Positions 25,650 to 36,172 of a stretch of DNA of 64,000 nt are shown here, one piece after another (the first letter of the stretch is position 1; each line of letters starts with the position of its first letter). The notes below the pieces were generated by a model. That model was not told the DNA's origin and ran no database searches. It was given only the letters and a program-made list of their open reading frames with translations. The position numbers and the translations under genes were made by a program. The DNA is from Camelus ferus (lineage: Eukaryota). The stretch spans positions 118,608,001 through 118,672,000 of the forward strand of contig NC_045696.1 in NCBI RefSeq assembly GCF_009834535.1, read 5' to 3'.

Positions 25650-26070
25650 CTTTTTCATAATTGGTGGCCAGTTTTTCTGTAACTGGGCTAGAGTTTACGT
25701 AAAGCAGATCTTAGAGAGTCAAGTCAACGAGTTTTGATGAGTGTGTGCACCCTTGTAACCATCACCCCATCGAGATAGAGAATATTGTCCTCACCCCAGA
25801 AAGCTCCCTGGGGCACCACTGACCTGCTTCCTGTCACAGGAGTACCTGCGCCTGCTGTGGATGGGCACGGGGTGGGGGGTATCACGCAGCATGTGTCCCT
25901 GTTGCTCAGTCCGTGACACTAGCCCGGGGCTGCAGGCTTCCCCAGTGGCTCCTTTTTGTGGCTCAGTGGTGTCTGCTGTGTGCACGTCCCACATCTGGTC
26001 CAGTCTTTCTTCTGTCGAAGGACGATTGAGTGGTTTGTGGGATGGGGCGAATAAAGCTGCCCAAGCCTCT
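25650..26070 (-). mobile_element. Ancient L1 (L1ME-type) 3' UTR fragment
   Basis: gagttttga...cccttgtaaccatcaccccatcgagatagagaatatt...gaataaagctgcc. Confidence 0.55.
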
Positions 26071-27480
26071 CAGGGGAGTTGCTTCATGGGAGAATGCGGA
26101 CGAGTCCCAGTCTTCCCCACCTTCCTCCCTTCCCCCAGCTTTAAGAAATCGCCCCCTATGTCATGCGCCCACCCTTTCTGTGCGCTCACAGACTGAAGGG
26201 TCTGCAAGGAGGGGCGCGGGGTGGTGAGGGGATTAGCCGCGGATGGGCATTTAGTGAAAGGCTGCTAAGGCACCACACACACGTGCATACACACGCGTGC
26301 ACAGAGGCAGGCAGGCACACGTGCACACATAGCCAAGCCACTGTGCACTGGGGCTAGGTTGCATCTGCTTAGATCAGCTTCTCCTCGTGGAGGCTCCAGT
26401 TCAGGCTGTTTTCTGGCTGCTGCCTGCCTTGCCTCTGACCCTGCACCCCCCCGCCCCCCCGTCCCAGAGCTGCCAGGTTTCTCTTCCTACACTAGACTGT
26501 TGTTTTGCTCACACATCTTTCATGCCTGCAATCCGGTCTCTGCCAGCCAAGACGGCTGCTCCCGCCACTGTCCCTCCTGCACACACTCCACACCCAGCTC
26601 GGCAGGGTTCTCTCCCCGAGACCTTTGGGCTTCAGCCGTGCGGGCCTGCCCCTCTTTCTAGCCCAGCCTTCTCCTGGTCAGTCACCCGTTCCTGGACAAA
26701 GCCATTCCCAGACGCCAGCAGGCCTGGAGCTCTTTCCACACCGACATCTGCCCTGGCCCTCCCTCTGCTGCCATTGCTGGGGGCAGGTGTCCTGAGGCCA
26801 GACCCTGGCATTCTGGGCTGAGTGGAGAGGTCTGACCTGTGTGTCTGTGGCCCAGGAGGGAGGGAGGTGGTGACTCAGATTCAGAGAGACAGACTTGGTC
26901 CTCCATCGCCTTGACGGCCTCCTGGGGTCTCTGTTCCCCTGTGGGCGTGCCAGACCCCACACCCCCCGGACACAGCTCAAACATAAAGGCCACCTTTGCT
27001 CACCCATTAGTGACCCCCACATATAGAGCTTTCCCCGTTAGAGCTCTCAGATCATTTGGTGACCACCAGGGTGCTTAGGGATGGGGCTGGATTACTCAGG
27101 TGTCCTGTATAATATTTTATTGATTAATTAGCTGCATATACATCCTAAGCGTCTCTTGCAGCTGGAACGTCTTGTGCTGCTTTTCTGCCTCCTTAGGTCT
27201 AAGCCATCCTGAGAATAAAGCTGCTTTGTGTGACCCAGGAACAGGCCCATGACAGGGGTGCGTGGGGCAGGGGGTGGGGGCGACAGGGACTGAAGCTCCC
27301 CATAGGGGCCCAGTGGGGCAGGATGAGGCACGGGGGGCCGGACAGGATGTCTACTCAGGTCCTGCAGGAAACAGACGGCATGTTCCCCTTCAGATAGACC
27401 AGCCCTGGCTGCTTTCCCTGCGGTTTCCAATTGCAGCCAGCTTTGACCCATCCACGTCCGCATGCCGAGATTGCTGGACT

Positions 27481-27724
27481 AGATCAGAGAGAGAGAGAAT
27501 GAAACACAGAGACAGAGAGACAGAGACAGAGAGAAACAGATACATGCACAAATTGAGAGAGCCAGACCAAGGCAGAGAAAGAAATAGCCAGAGAGACACA
27601 CAGAGAGATGGACACATGGAGACCCAGCGGAACATGAAGACAGAGACACACCGGGAGACATCTGTGCCTCCGAGGCCGATGCAGAGATGGAGAGAGGGAG
27701 AAAGGAGCCAAAGAGAGACAGACT
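27481..27724. repeat. GA-rich low-complexity repeat (AGAG/ACAG units)
   Basis: agagagagaatgaaacacagagacagagagacagagacagagagaaacaga... Confidence 0.85.
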
Positions 27725-28682
27725 GTTAACATCTGCAGAGGGAAAAAAAACCAAGCACACAGAAAGCTCTCCTTGGCGGCCAGACAGTGCGCTGATCCCC
27801 AGAGCTCATCTGGCCTTTCATGTCTGGCAATCTCCTTGAACTGCTTGGAAGATCAAAGGCATGCAGCTCTTCACGGGTCTAATAACCTCTTCACCGGAGC
27901 CGGATCCTGACCCCAGAACGCTTTCTCAGAAAGGGCTTTGAGAAGTGAAGTTCAAGGTCCTACCCCGAAGGCCGGGAACACGGGCCCCCCCACCCCCGTC
28001 CCCTCAGCGCAGCCTCCTGTCAAGTCACGTGGCCGAGGCCACAGGGAGAGGCCGGCACAGCTGCGCACCACCGCCACGTGGGGAGCCTCCAGGGAAGTGG
28101 TCTGCAGCCCCAGAAACTGTCCCGGTCAGGAGGGGGTCTGGCTGACAAGGCAGGCCCTGCCCTGCCACCTCTCCGCACCCCAGCAGGACCCGGGCTCAAC
28201 TAAAGGCAGGGGAAATGGAGAGGAGGTGACTTGGGGACCATGGTCCCAATCAGAGCCTGGCTTGTGTTGGTTTGTGTGTGTGTCTACACCTGCTACCCCG
28301 AGGAAGCCAGGGGACAGGGGAAACGCTTCTCAAAATGATGGGTAGAAATAAACCCGGAGCCACGTGGCTTCAGACCAGGCAGACAGCAGGAGCTGGAACC
28401 AATGCTGGTCCCCAGGGAAAGAGAAATGCCATCACCTCCCCCCAGCACCTCCCTCGGGCTAGGGAGTCAGCGCTTTCCTCCGGGTCTCCATCTGGGCCAA
28501 AGGGGCGGCCGGACACCCACATCCTGGGCAGCACGGAGGCCTGGGCTCCCACACGTACGTCCACACATACGCTTCGGCTAGAGGACACTTTATGTTTGCT
28601 GACCGACTGTGCAGACAGGTGCCCTAGCAGTCCCTGAATACAGATCACAGTGGTCGTGCCCCCCGGAGAACACGTGTTCAAA

Positions 28683-28713
<31 letters not shown>

Positions 28714-28854
28714 GGCAGCCCAGCAAGGTGGAGCTACTCCGCGCTGCAGAACTGGGCACCGAAAAATTGCTGAAATCGTCATTTTGTTATGGATGTCTTA
28801 CATAATTTTTAGCAATGAAAATCTTTGCGATTTTTTAGAACACAATTTTTAAAA

Positions 28855-29005
28855 CTTTTTAAAATTGAAGTTGAGTCGATTTACAATGTTGGGTTAGTTT
28901 CTGGTGTACAGCATAGTGATTCAGTTGCACATATATATGCTTTTTTGTGTTCTTTTTCATTATAGGTTGTTACAGTTTATCCCGCCCTCCCACCCTTTCC
29001 CCTTA
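28855..29005 (-). mobile_element. Short LINE-1 3' end with internal deletion
   Basis: aattgaagttgagtcgatttacaatgttg...cagcatagtgattcag...ttatcccgccctcccaccctttcccc. Confidence 0.7.
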
Positions 29006-29406
29006 TAACAGTTTTTTTTAAAGGAGGGGTTCAAACAATGTCATCAGAATCTCTCAGCTCTGATGTTCTCCATGGTAACCTTTGTTGAAAAGCAGACTCT
29101 GCCCACTGGCTGTTAAAGTGACCAGCCCACCCTCTCCAGCTCTCAAGTTCACACACAAACAGATTCCCCGCCCCAGAATCAGCCAAGTGCCGGGCCTCAG
29201 GCCATGAGCACCTGGGGTCCTGTGAGCCTACCATGGGCCAGGGCACAGACCCTCGCACTGATCAGGTTTGGCTCAAAGCTCCGGGACATCCGTCCTCCAT
29301 ACTCAGCCAAGGACACTGCTGCTCGCCAGCCTGGGACACTCTGCCTGAGGCTTTCTCCTGCAGGAATATCCTGGGCCGTCCTGTGCCCTACAGGGGCTCT
29401 CAGCAC

Positions 29407-29960
29407 TGAAGAAAATAATCAACAATCAACGATAAGAATAGAAAAGAGTTTTATTTGAACCAAACCAAGGACTAGCCCGGAAGCCTGTTTCTCAAGTTAC
29501 TCTAAGGAACTGCTCTGGAGAAGCAGAGTTTTCAGCACAGGTTTATATCTTGTCAGAATAAAAAACATCAAACAAGTCAGGGTTACAGTTCTTCAAGGTT
29601 TCCAAAAAATAAAAATAAAAAATTAACAGACCAGCACAGCGAGTCAGTGTGGCCTTGGCACCTGGGAAGGGAGGGCGTCATCACTGAAGGAGGACCAGCA
29701 CTGGTGTGTCCCAGGATGAGGGGCATTTAACCTTTTTTATTTATTACTTTATTTATTACAGATACAGCTTTATTTATTTATTACATGGACATGCTTTACT
29801 TCTTGTCAATGCATCCTTTTCTTTAATAATTTAAGCTGATGTATGATGTACATTGGAGAGGCCACAAACAGGCTATTTTAGTTGTCATCAAAGCCAAATT
29901 AACTCATGTGTAAGCCAGAGGATTTCCCAACATCTCAACATGTGAAAATTCCTTTTATCG
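29407..29960 (-). mobile_element. Solo LTR, ERV1-like (~555 bp)
   Basis: Ends tgaagaaaa...ttttatcg (degenerate TG...CA). Minus-strand AATAAA (tttatt near 29450) lies close to the LTR 3' end. Confidence 0.55.
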
Positions 29961-31508
29961 ATTTTCCTGCAGAAATATGCTGGGCCTTTCTGTTCCCTGC
30001 AGGACTCTCAGCCCCAGGGAAGGACAGCAGGAGAGGGATCCTGCACCGTCTCCCACAGTGGCACCCGCCCCTTCCTGTCTTACCTGCCCACACCTCCAGT
30101 GCTTCCACAGCGCCTTCTAAATGAACTACTGGAACCTTCTAGGCACTTCCTGGGACAGAGCCCTCCCCCATCCTCTGCTGTAGCTCCTCTCTGAAGGACC
30201 CAGATAAGGGTCAGATGCTAAAAACCACCACCAAGTGGGAGAAATTTACTATGTGATGATCATGAGCACGTGGCCCCCAGACCTGGCGCCTAAGGATTGA
30301 GCACTATTGACGGATCAGAACCGTGCACAGCTGGTGACAGACCTCGGGACGCCCCTCCCTCACCAGAGCCTTTAAAAAGTTTCAGCTGAAACCCCTAGGG
30401 AGGTTTAGGGTTTTTTTTGGGCCTGAGCCATTCATTCTCCTTGCTCGGCCCAGCAGTGAATGTTTCTCTGCTCCAAACTCCGGCATTTCAGGTTTGCTTG
30501 GCCTCACCGTGTGTGGGGCACACGGACTCGTGTCGGGAACAGTTTCGGGGGAGCCAGCGGGGATCCTGTGCCCGGGCAGGGTCAGCCCCGGCCTGGGGCA
30601 GCCCCTCCCCGGGTCCCAGCAGCGGCCCGGGCTCCTGTCGCTCCGGGAAGCAGGAGGGACCCTCCCTGAGGTCAAGGCCGCCCCGGACAAGGCTCTTTGG
30701 AGCCGAGAACCTTCCGGAGCTGCGTCCACACTGCGGGGGTGAGTGTCTCCGGCTCGCGCGGGCGGGGAACCCTGCCCACTCCATCTGGGCTCGGTCCCTC
30801 CGGGAAGGGAGCCGTCCCGGGCTCATCGTCAGCCCCCCCGGGTCCCTGCCCCTCCGAGAGCCGGGCCCACCTGTCTGGAGGCCTCGTCTGGGGGTAGAAG
30901 TGGAATTTTTAGGCGACACCTCCTCTGTGGCCTGTGTGACCAAACCTTATCTGCTGTTTGTGTGTGTGTGTGTTTGGGGTGAGCCACTCCGGTTGTGCAG
31001 GATGGAAGATTGTCCCCGCTCCACCCGGGCTCCTTCCCTCCCGGAAAGTGGGTCATTCTGGGCTCACTGGGAGCCACGCTGGGTCGGTTCTCTTTCGGGA
31101 GCCAGGCCACTGGGGAGCCTCCGTCTGGGAGAGGACGTGGAATTTGGGGACCACACCTCTGAGCTTCTGTTTGTGGGACCATGTCTGGTGTTTGTGCGTG
31201 TCAGCACTTGGACTGGCTGGTTGAGACGTATTTGAGAAACAGGGTTCTGAGTGACGACACCTGGGTGTCCCCCCTCTCGCACTGGTCTCTCCTGCGGCAG
31301 GGCGTCGGTCCGGATGTTCCCTTTCCAGCCTTGGCCTTTCATTCAGCTTCGTCTCTGACGGGGCACTGGCTGGGCTGCTCCCCTTGCGGACTGACAGGGC
31401 ACTGGTTGGGAGTCTCCTTTGCGGGCTAGGGAACTGTGACACTGAGAGACGGTTTCGCGTTGCATTTGTTTGCTTCAGGTTTGATAACATCAGCTGTGAA
31501 TAATAATT

Positions 31509-31725
31509 ATGGGCATTCAGAGCTGTTTCACCTGACAGTCCCCTGGGGTATTTTGGCAAAACTGGAAGATATTCAGCTATGCTCCCATATGTGAAAGAAA
31601 ATGGTGTTTTTATTGTAACACTGTGTGGGCTCAGTGCTCCCTGAGATCTGGGGAACAGTGGCCCCTAATGGCTCTGCTGTTGCATCAAAGTGGGCGGTGT
31701 GCAGTTTGGCTTTTATTTTGGCGAG
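31509..31725 (+). pseudogene. Frameshifted gammaretrovirus-like gag matrix (MA) remnant
   Basis: Pieces translate as MG...DSPLG, FYCNTVWAQCSLRSGEQWP and NGS, matching the class I ERV MA motif SPLG..W...FCN..WP.Y.L...E.WP.NGS. Confidence 0.7.
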
Positions 31726-33624
31726 GGGGCGGTGTGTGTGTGGGGGGGGGGCTCAGTACCTGAGTCCAAATCCTGTTCTCTCTTCCTGGTTTTGCTGAAA
31801 GTGAGGCGTGTGAGTGTGAGAGTGATTAGATATGTACGTATATAAATATATACAGTCTATTACTGTTATTTCTTTAAACTGAAGTGAATATTTTTGGGAA
31901 CTGGAAACAAGAAAAAACCCTGAAAATAGCCGAGATGGTTTTCTATAAGCCATTAGAGCAGGAATTTGCATTTCCCTACCTGTGCCTTTGAGATGTAATG
32001 ATCTACCTGGGCTCTCAAGGGAAAAAAAATAGTTTTAAATTCAAGCAGAAAAACTGAGATCTCTGGTTCTGTCTGTCTTTACATAAAAAATTGTAAATGA
32101 GCTGAATTTAACTGAAGAGTAAGCGCTTAAAAATTAAATACTTCTAAGTATAAAAGAAGCTAGACAGAACAGATTTCAGGCTCCTGTGACCTAGGAAGTG
32201 AAAATCAGTACTGAGTTGACATCTAATGTTAAAGCTAGCTTAAGCTTGTGGTTGTGATCAATACAGACATGTCTCCTACTGTACCTAGGGTTACTGAAGG
32301 TCAGTAGGTTCTGGTTTCTGTTGCACAGTTTGTCAGCAGGGAAAAAAAAACTAACTCGGTATGATGAAATTCTTACAGGTGAATGGAGTGCAAGAGAGGA
32401 GGTTTTGGGTAAACTCTGGAAATGAATTTGTTGGAAATGTCTGCCTTCAGGTGATGTCTCTGGATATTTGATGGCTTGGAAGTTTAGAGTTGTGCTGAAC
32501 TGGGTTACATGATGGGAATTCATTGAATAGTTGAATGGCTGGGTCATTCCTAGGCAGACTAAGACACTGAAATATTCACTAGAAGCTAAGATTTTTATGA
32601 GTTGTGGATTCTAATTTAAATATGTAATTAAGACTACTGGAGATAATGCAGGAGGAATTTCAGTGTAGGGTGGGAAGGTAGGCTGTGTGTTTTGAGTTTA
32701 TAAAAAAAAAAAAAAAAAGGTGTGAGGAATGGAACAGTATTTTGTGAAGGGAAGGTGATCCGGTCCTGGAGCTGATTGTCTCTGGATGGGAAAAGGATAA
32801 GGGACAGACTGGTCTAAATGCAGGGAGCTGTGGCTGGGGAGCCCCAGAGAAGGAGTTCTGTGCATAGTCTGGCTGAGATTGGATTAAACTTGATGAGGTA
32901 AACGGATTTTGTTATAAAAGTAGGCTTGTGCAGGACTAGATCTGGTTCCTCTCTGTTAAGAGAGCAAGCTTACTTAGAATGTTTCTGATAACAGACTGTG
33001 AGAAACTTTTTGATATCTTTGACAAACTTCCTATCCATTTCTAATTACAGTTCTTTTGACTTCCGCTAACTTTGGGATGCTTCCAAGGGCCCCTGAGGCA
33101 TCTCGGAGAAACACGTCACAGTAGGATTGCTTGTTGTGTTGAATTACATGGGAAGCATTGTCAAATGAGCGATAAAACACCTCAGATTATACGGTATAGA
33201 TAGGTGTGCTTAATATAGATAATCTAGAAGTTGTACGAAGAAGTTTCTGAAATTTAGGTCTGTCTGAGTATAGTGCTGTCAGTCATGATTCTGGCTTGAT
33301 ATCTTAGGCTGCTGTATGTCACAGCAGCTTGCTTACACTTCCTTGTCAAAAACGTTTCAATCAGGCCTTTCACCTTGCCTCTTTAAGCCTTCTGTCATTC
33401 GCGGACAGTTAAGCTGATGCCTTACAGGACTACTTCAAGAAGATCCATAAAAGACTTTTGACAAGAACAGATTTCTTTTAAATCACACTGCTGAGCTGGG
33501 AATTTTAAAAGTCTAATAAACTGATTTCATGGAACTGTTGGTAAGGGTGACTGGGAGTGAGTGAACTGATGAATATGGTTCTAATTTGGGGGTTTTGTCT
33601 GAAGCACTACTGGCTTTTAATCTG

Positions 33625-33738
33625 TTTTTTAATTATTTTTTAAAATTTACTTTTATTGAAGTACCGTCAGTTACAGTGTGTCAGTTTCTGGTGTCCAGCA
33701 CAGTGTCCCAGTCCTGCATAGACATACATATATTCGTA
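33625..33738 (-). mobile_element. Short LINE-1 3' end inserted in the ERV internal region
   Basis: ttttattgaagtaccgtcagttacagtgtgtcagtttctggtgtccagcacag...catacatatattcgt. Confidence 0.7.
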
Positions 33739-35955
33739 TGTTTTCTAATTGAACTATTTACCAAATGATTGTCTTCCTATCCGTACTGCCCCCAAAGTTT
33801 AGGCTGCCGAACCTCTCTGTCCCAAATACTGTTCCTCTTCTTGTCCCTCACCTGTTCTCCTTGAGATTGAGGGGTATCCAATAAAAGGGGGGAGCTGTAA
33901 CTGAGCAGGGACCTGTGAGGCCTTCCTGGGACAGACACCACCCCCCGCCATCCTGTGCTCTAGCTCCTCTCTGAAGGACCCAGTAATATTCAGATGCTTA
34001 AAACCACCAAGTGGAAGAAATAAACTACTTGATGATCATGAGCACGTGGCCCCTGACCTTCTAGCACCTAAGGGTTGATGAAGGCTTGATCATCATCAAC
34101 CAATCAATTGTGCACAGGTGATCACAGACTCGGGGTGCCCTCCCTCACCTGAGCCTTTAAGACATCTCAGCTGAAACCCCTCGGGGAGTTCAGGGGTTTT
34201 CTGGGCATGAGCCACCCACCCTCTTTTGCCTCAGAGTGGCTTCTGGGGGAACCCAAGCCAGACAGGGCCCCGGAGGAGCCAGGATGCTGCTCGGAGAGGG
34301 GAGAGTGGATCCTGGGGAGGCCAAACCCAGCTTCATCTCTCTGCCTCAGATGTGCCAGGGGCTCAGCTCAGGGGCGGGGGGCTGGGCTTTGTTTCGGTGC
34401 CGCCTGCCCAGGGGAAACGGCTGCATGCAGGCCCTGCAGTTCCCTCACACCTGACCATCTCCGCCCCTGGGTGAAATCCTACAGAAAATTCCAGGGTGGT
34501 GCTTCTCAGGAAGACATTAAGCGCTAAACGTCAGAGCCCACAAGGCTACAATGGATTTGGGCAGAAAATAATCGTCTTAAAGAAGAGATACAGGTAGAGA
34601 GAGGGCCTGGGGCGGGCACACGGGACCACATCTCTGCAAATTGCTTTCTGGATGTTGATCTGTCACTTGAGGGGGTGTCGCTCAGTCCCAAGTAACCTTT
34701 CATGAGAACTCTCCTACCAGGGAACCATAATTAAGGCTCTGGAGAAACAGAATCCCCTCTAGTTTGTAGCCATAAGAAATTAAGGACAGGAGGGATTCCT
34801 GATGACTGATTCTGGAATGTTCTGCTCTTCCAGGCAGCCTGGGCTGAGCTGTCCCCCCACTGTGCTCGGCCTGTCCCGTGGTGGTGGCTGTCATGCCATC
34901 TGGGGTAGGACCCCAGCAGGCTGGGCTTGAGGACTGGCTCACAGGCTGGGGGTATTAGTACCAGCACTTACGATTTACTGGGGGCTCTCTGGGGGGCCTG
35001 CACCTCCTCTGATTCTCACAGCAACCCTACGATCCCCATTGTACAGATAAATTACTTTGGTGTGCCACAGTTCTTCATCAGCGAGCAAACAGCTGGTAGA
35101 TGGTGGAGCTAGGATTTTAACAACCCAGGTAGTCCAGCCCCAGAGACCTCTTGGTTGCCGTGGGATTCTGCGTCCAGGGGTTGGGGGATATCGCTGAGAC
35201 ACACAGGAAGATGCAAGCACCCTCCCCTGCAGCACCCCACGCCCAGGCGGCCCTTCCTGCATCAGCAGGCTCCCTGCATCCCCGCGGAAATGAGGCCACT
35301 GCGTCCTTCAGCCCATAATGAGTGGCCATGCAGAGCGCTCCATCCGTCACTTCACAGGGGAGATGAAGCTTGACCGGCTGGAAAATTGGGATGAGGACGG
35401 CGGCAGAACCCAGCACAGCCCCGGAAAGCCTGCCCTCCACGGCCAGGGTGCGGGACGGAGAGGCCAGGACGCGGCGGTTCTCACGCCAGTGCACAGCATG
35501 AAGGGGCCGCTTGTGCCGCTCACATGCCAGCCTGGCTGGAAGGGCTTTGGCAACCGATTTCTAAAACCTGCCCCTCCCTGCCTCCTGGGCCTGCATCATC
35601 TGGGGTTACGCTGTGAGACAGGCTCTGTTAACGTCCATTCTGAGGGCCCCTCCCTTCTCTGGTCCCAAACCAATGGCTTAGGTAAAACGTCTCAATTGTC
35701 ACTAAGGGATGCTGAGCTCTCTCTGCTCAGTCTCCAAGATTTCCGAGTTAGGGGATGTTCCAGGGGCGGATGGTGATGTGCTGTATCCCAGGCCCTCCCC
35801 CCGAGACAATTTCACCCAGTAATTTCAGCGCTTGTGCTGGGCGGAGCCCTGTGCCAGGCGCTTTCCCTGAATGATCTCATATCGGCCTCCCAGCAGCGCT
35901 GGAGCTGGTGCTTTCATTAGGACTGTGTTCAGCAGTCGGTGAAGGCTGCTCACAC

Positions 35956-36095
35956 CAGTGCCTCTCAAACGGTACTTTGCACGCAAATCACCTGGGGACC
36001 TAGTTATAATGCAGACTCTAATTCAGCAGGTCTGAGCAGGGGGGGCCAAGAGTCTGCATTCCGAACAAAATCCCAGGTGGTCCTGATGCTGCTAA
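35956..36095. mobile_element. MER5A-like hAT-Charlie element
   Basis: cagtgcctctcaaac...aatcacctgggga...atgcagactctaattcagcaggtctg...ctgcatt...cccaggtggtcctgatgctgct. Confidence 0.7.
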
Positions 36096-36172
36096 GCCGG
36101 CATCAGAGGCTCCCAGTAGCTGGTGGTTCATTTCTCTGCTGGCTCGGTGATGCTGTCCTTGGCTGGTGTGTC

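Larger units (their letters stand above)
30122..34230 (+). mobile_element. Non-autonomous ERV1-class (MER4-group-like) provirus: 5' LTR ~30122-30541, degenerate PBS ~30544-30563, internal region, PPT 33883-33894, 3' LTR 33896-~34230 (truncated)
   Basis: The two LTRs share blocks (tagctcctctctgaaggacccag; gatgatcatgagcacgtggcccc; cagctgaaacccct). The 5' LTR ends ...aaca. PPT aaaaggggggag precedes TGTAA. A gag remnant is present. Confidence 0.85.
30015..34264 (+). mobile_element. Older ERVL-type solo LTR (LTR16-like) split by the ERV1 provirus; pieces at ~30015-30135 and ~34225-34264
   Basis: Left piece ccttcctgtcttacctgcccac...aaatgaactact and right piece ctcagagtggcttctgggggaacccaagccagaca together match the recalled LTR16/ERVL 3' end. 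Confidence 0.5.

Noticed and set aside
30417..31235. 272-aa ORF in the ERV LTR/leader
   Set aside because: Non-ATG start in GC-rich sequence with no gag/pol/env motifs; the real gag remnant lies at 31509 and is frameshifted.
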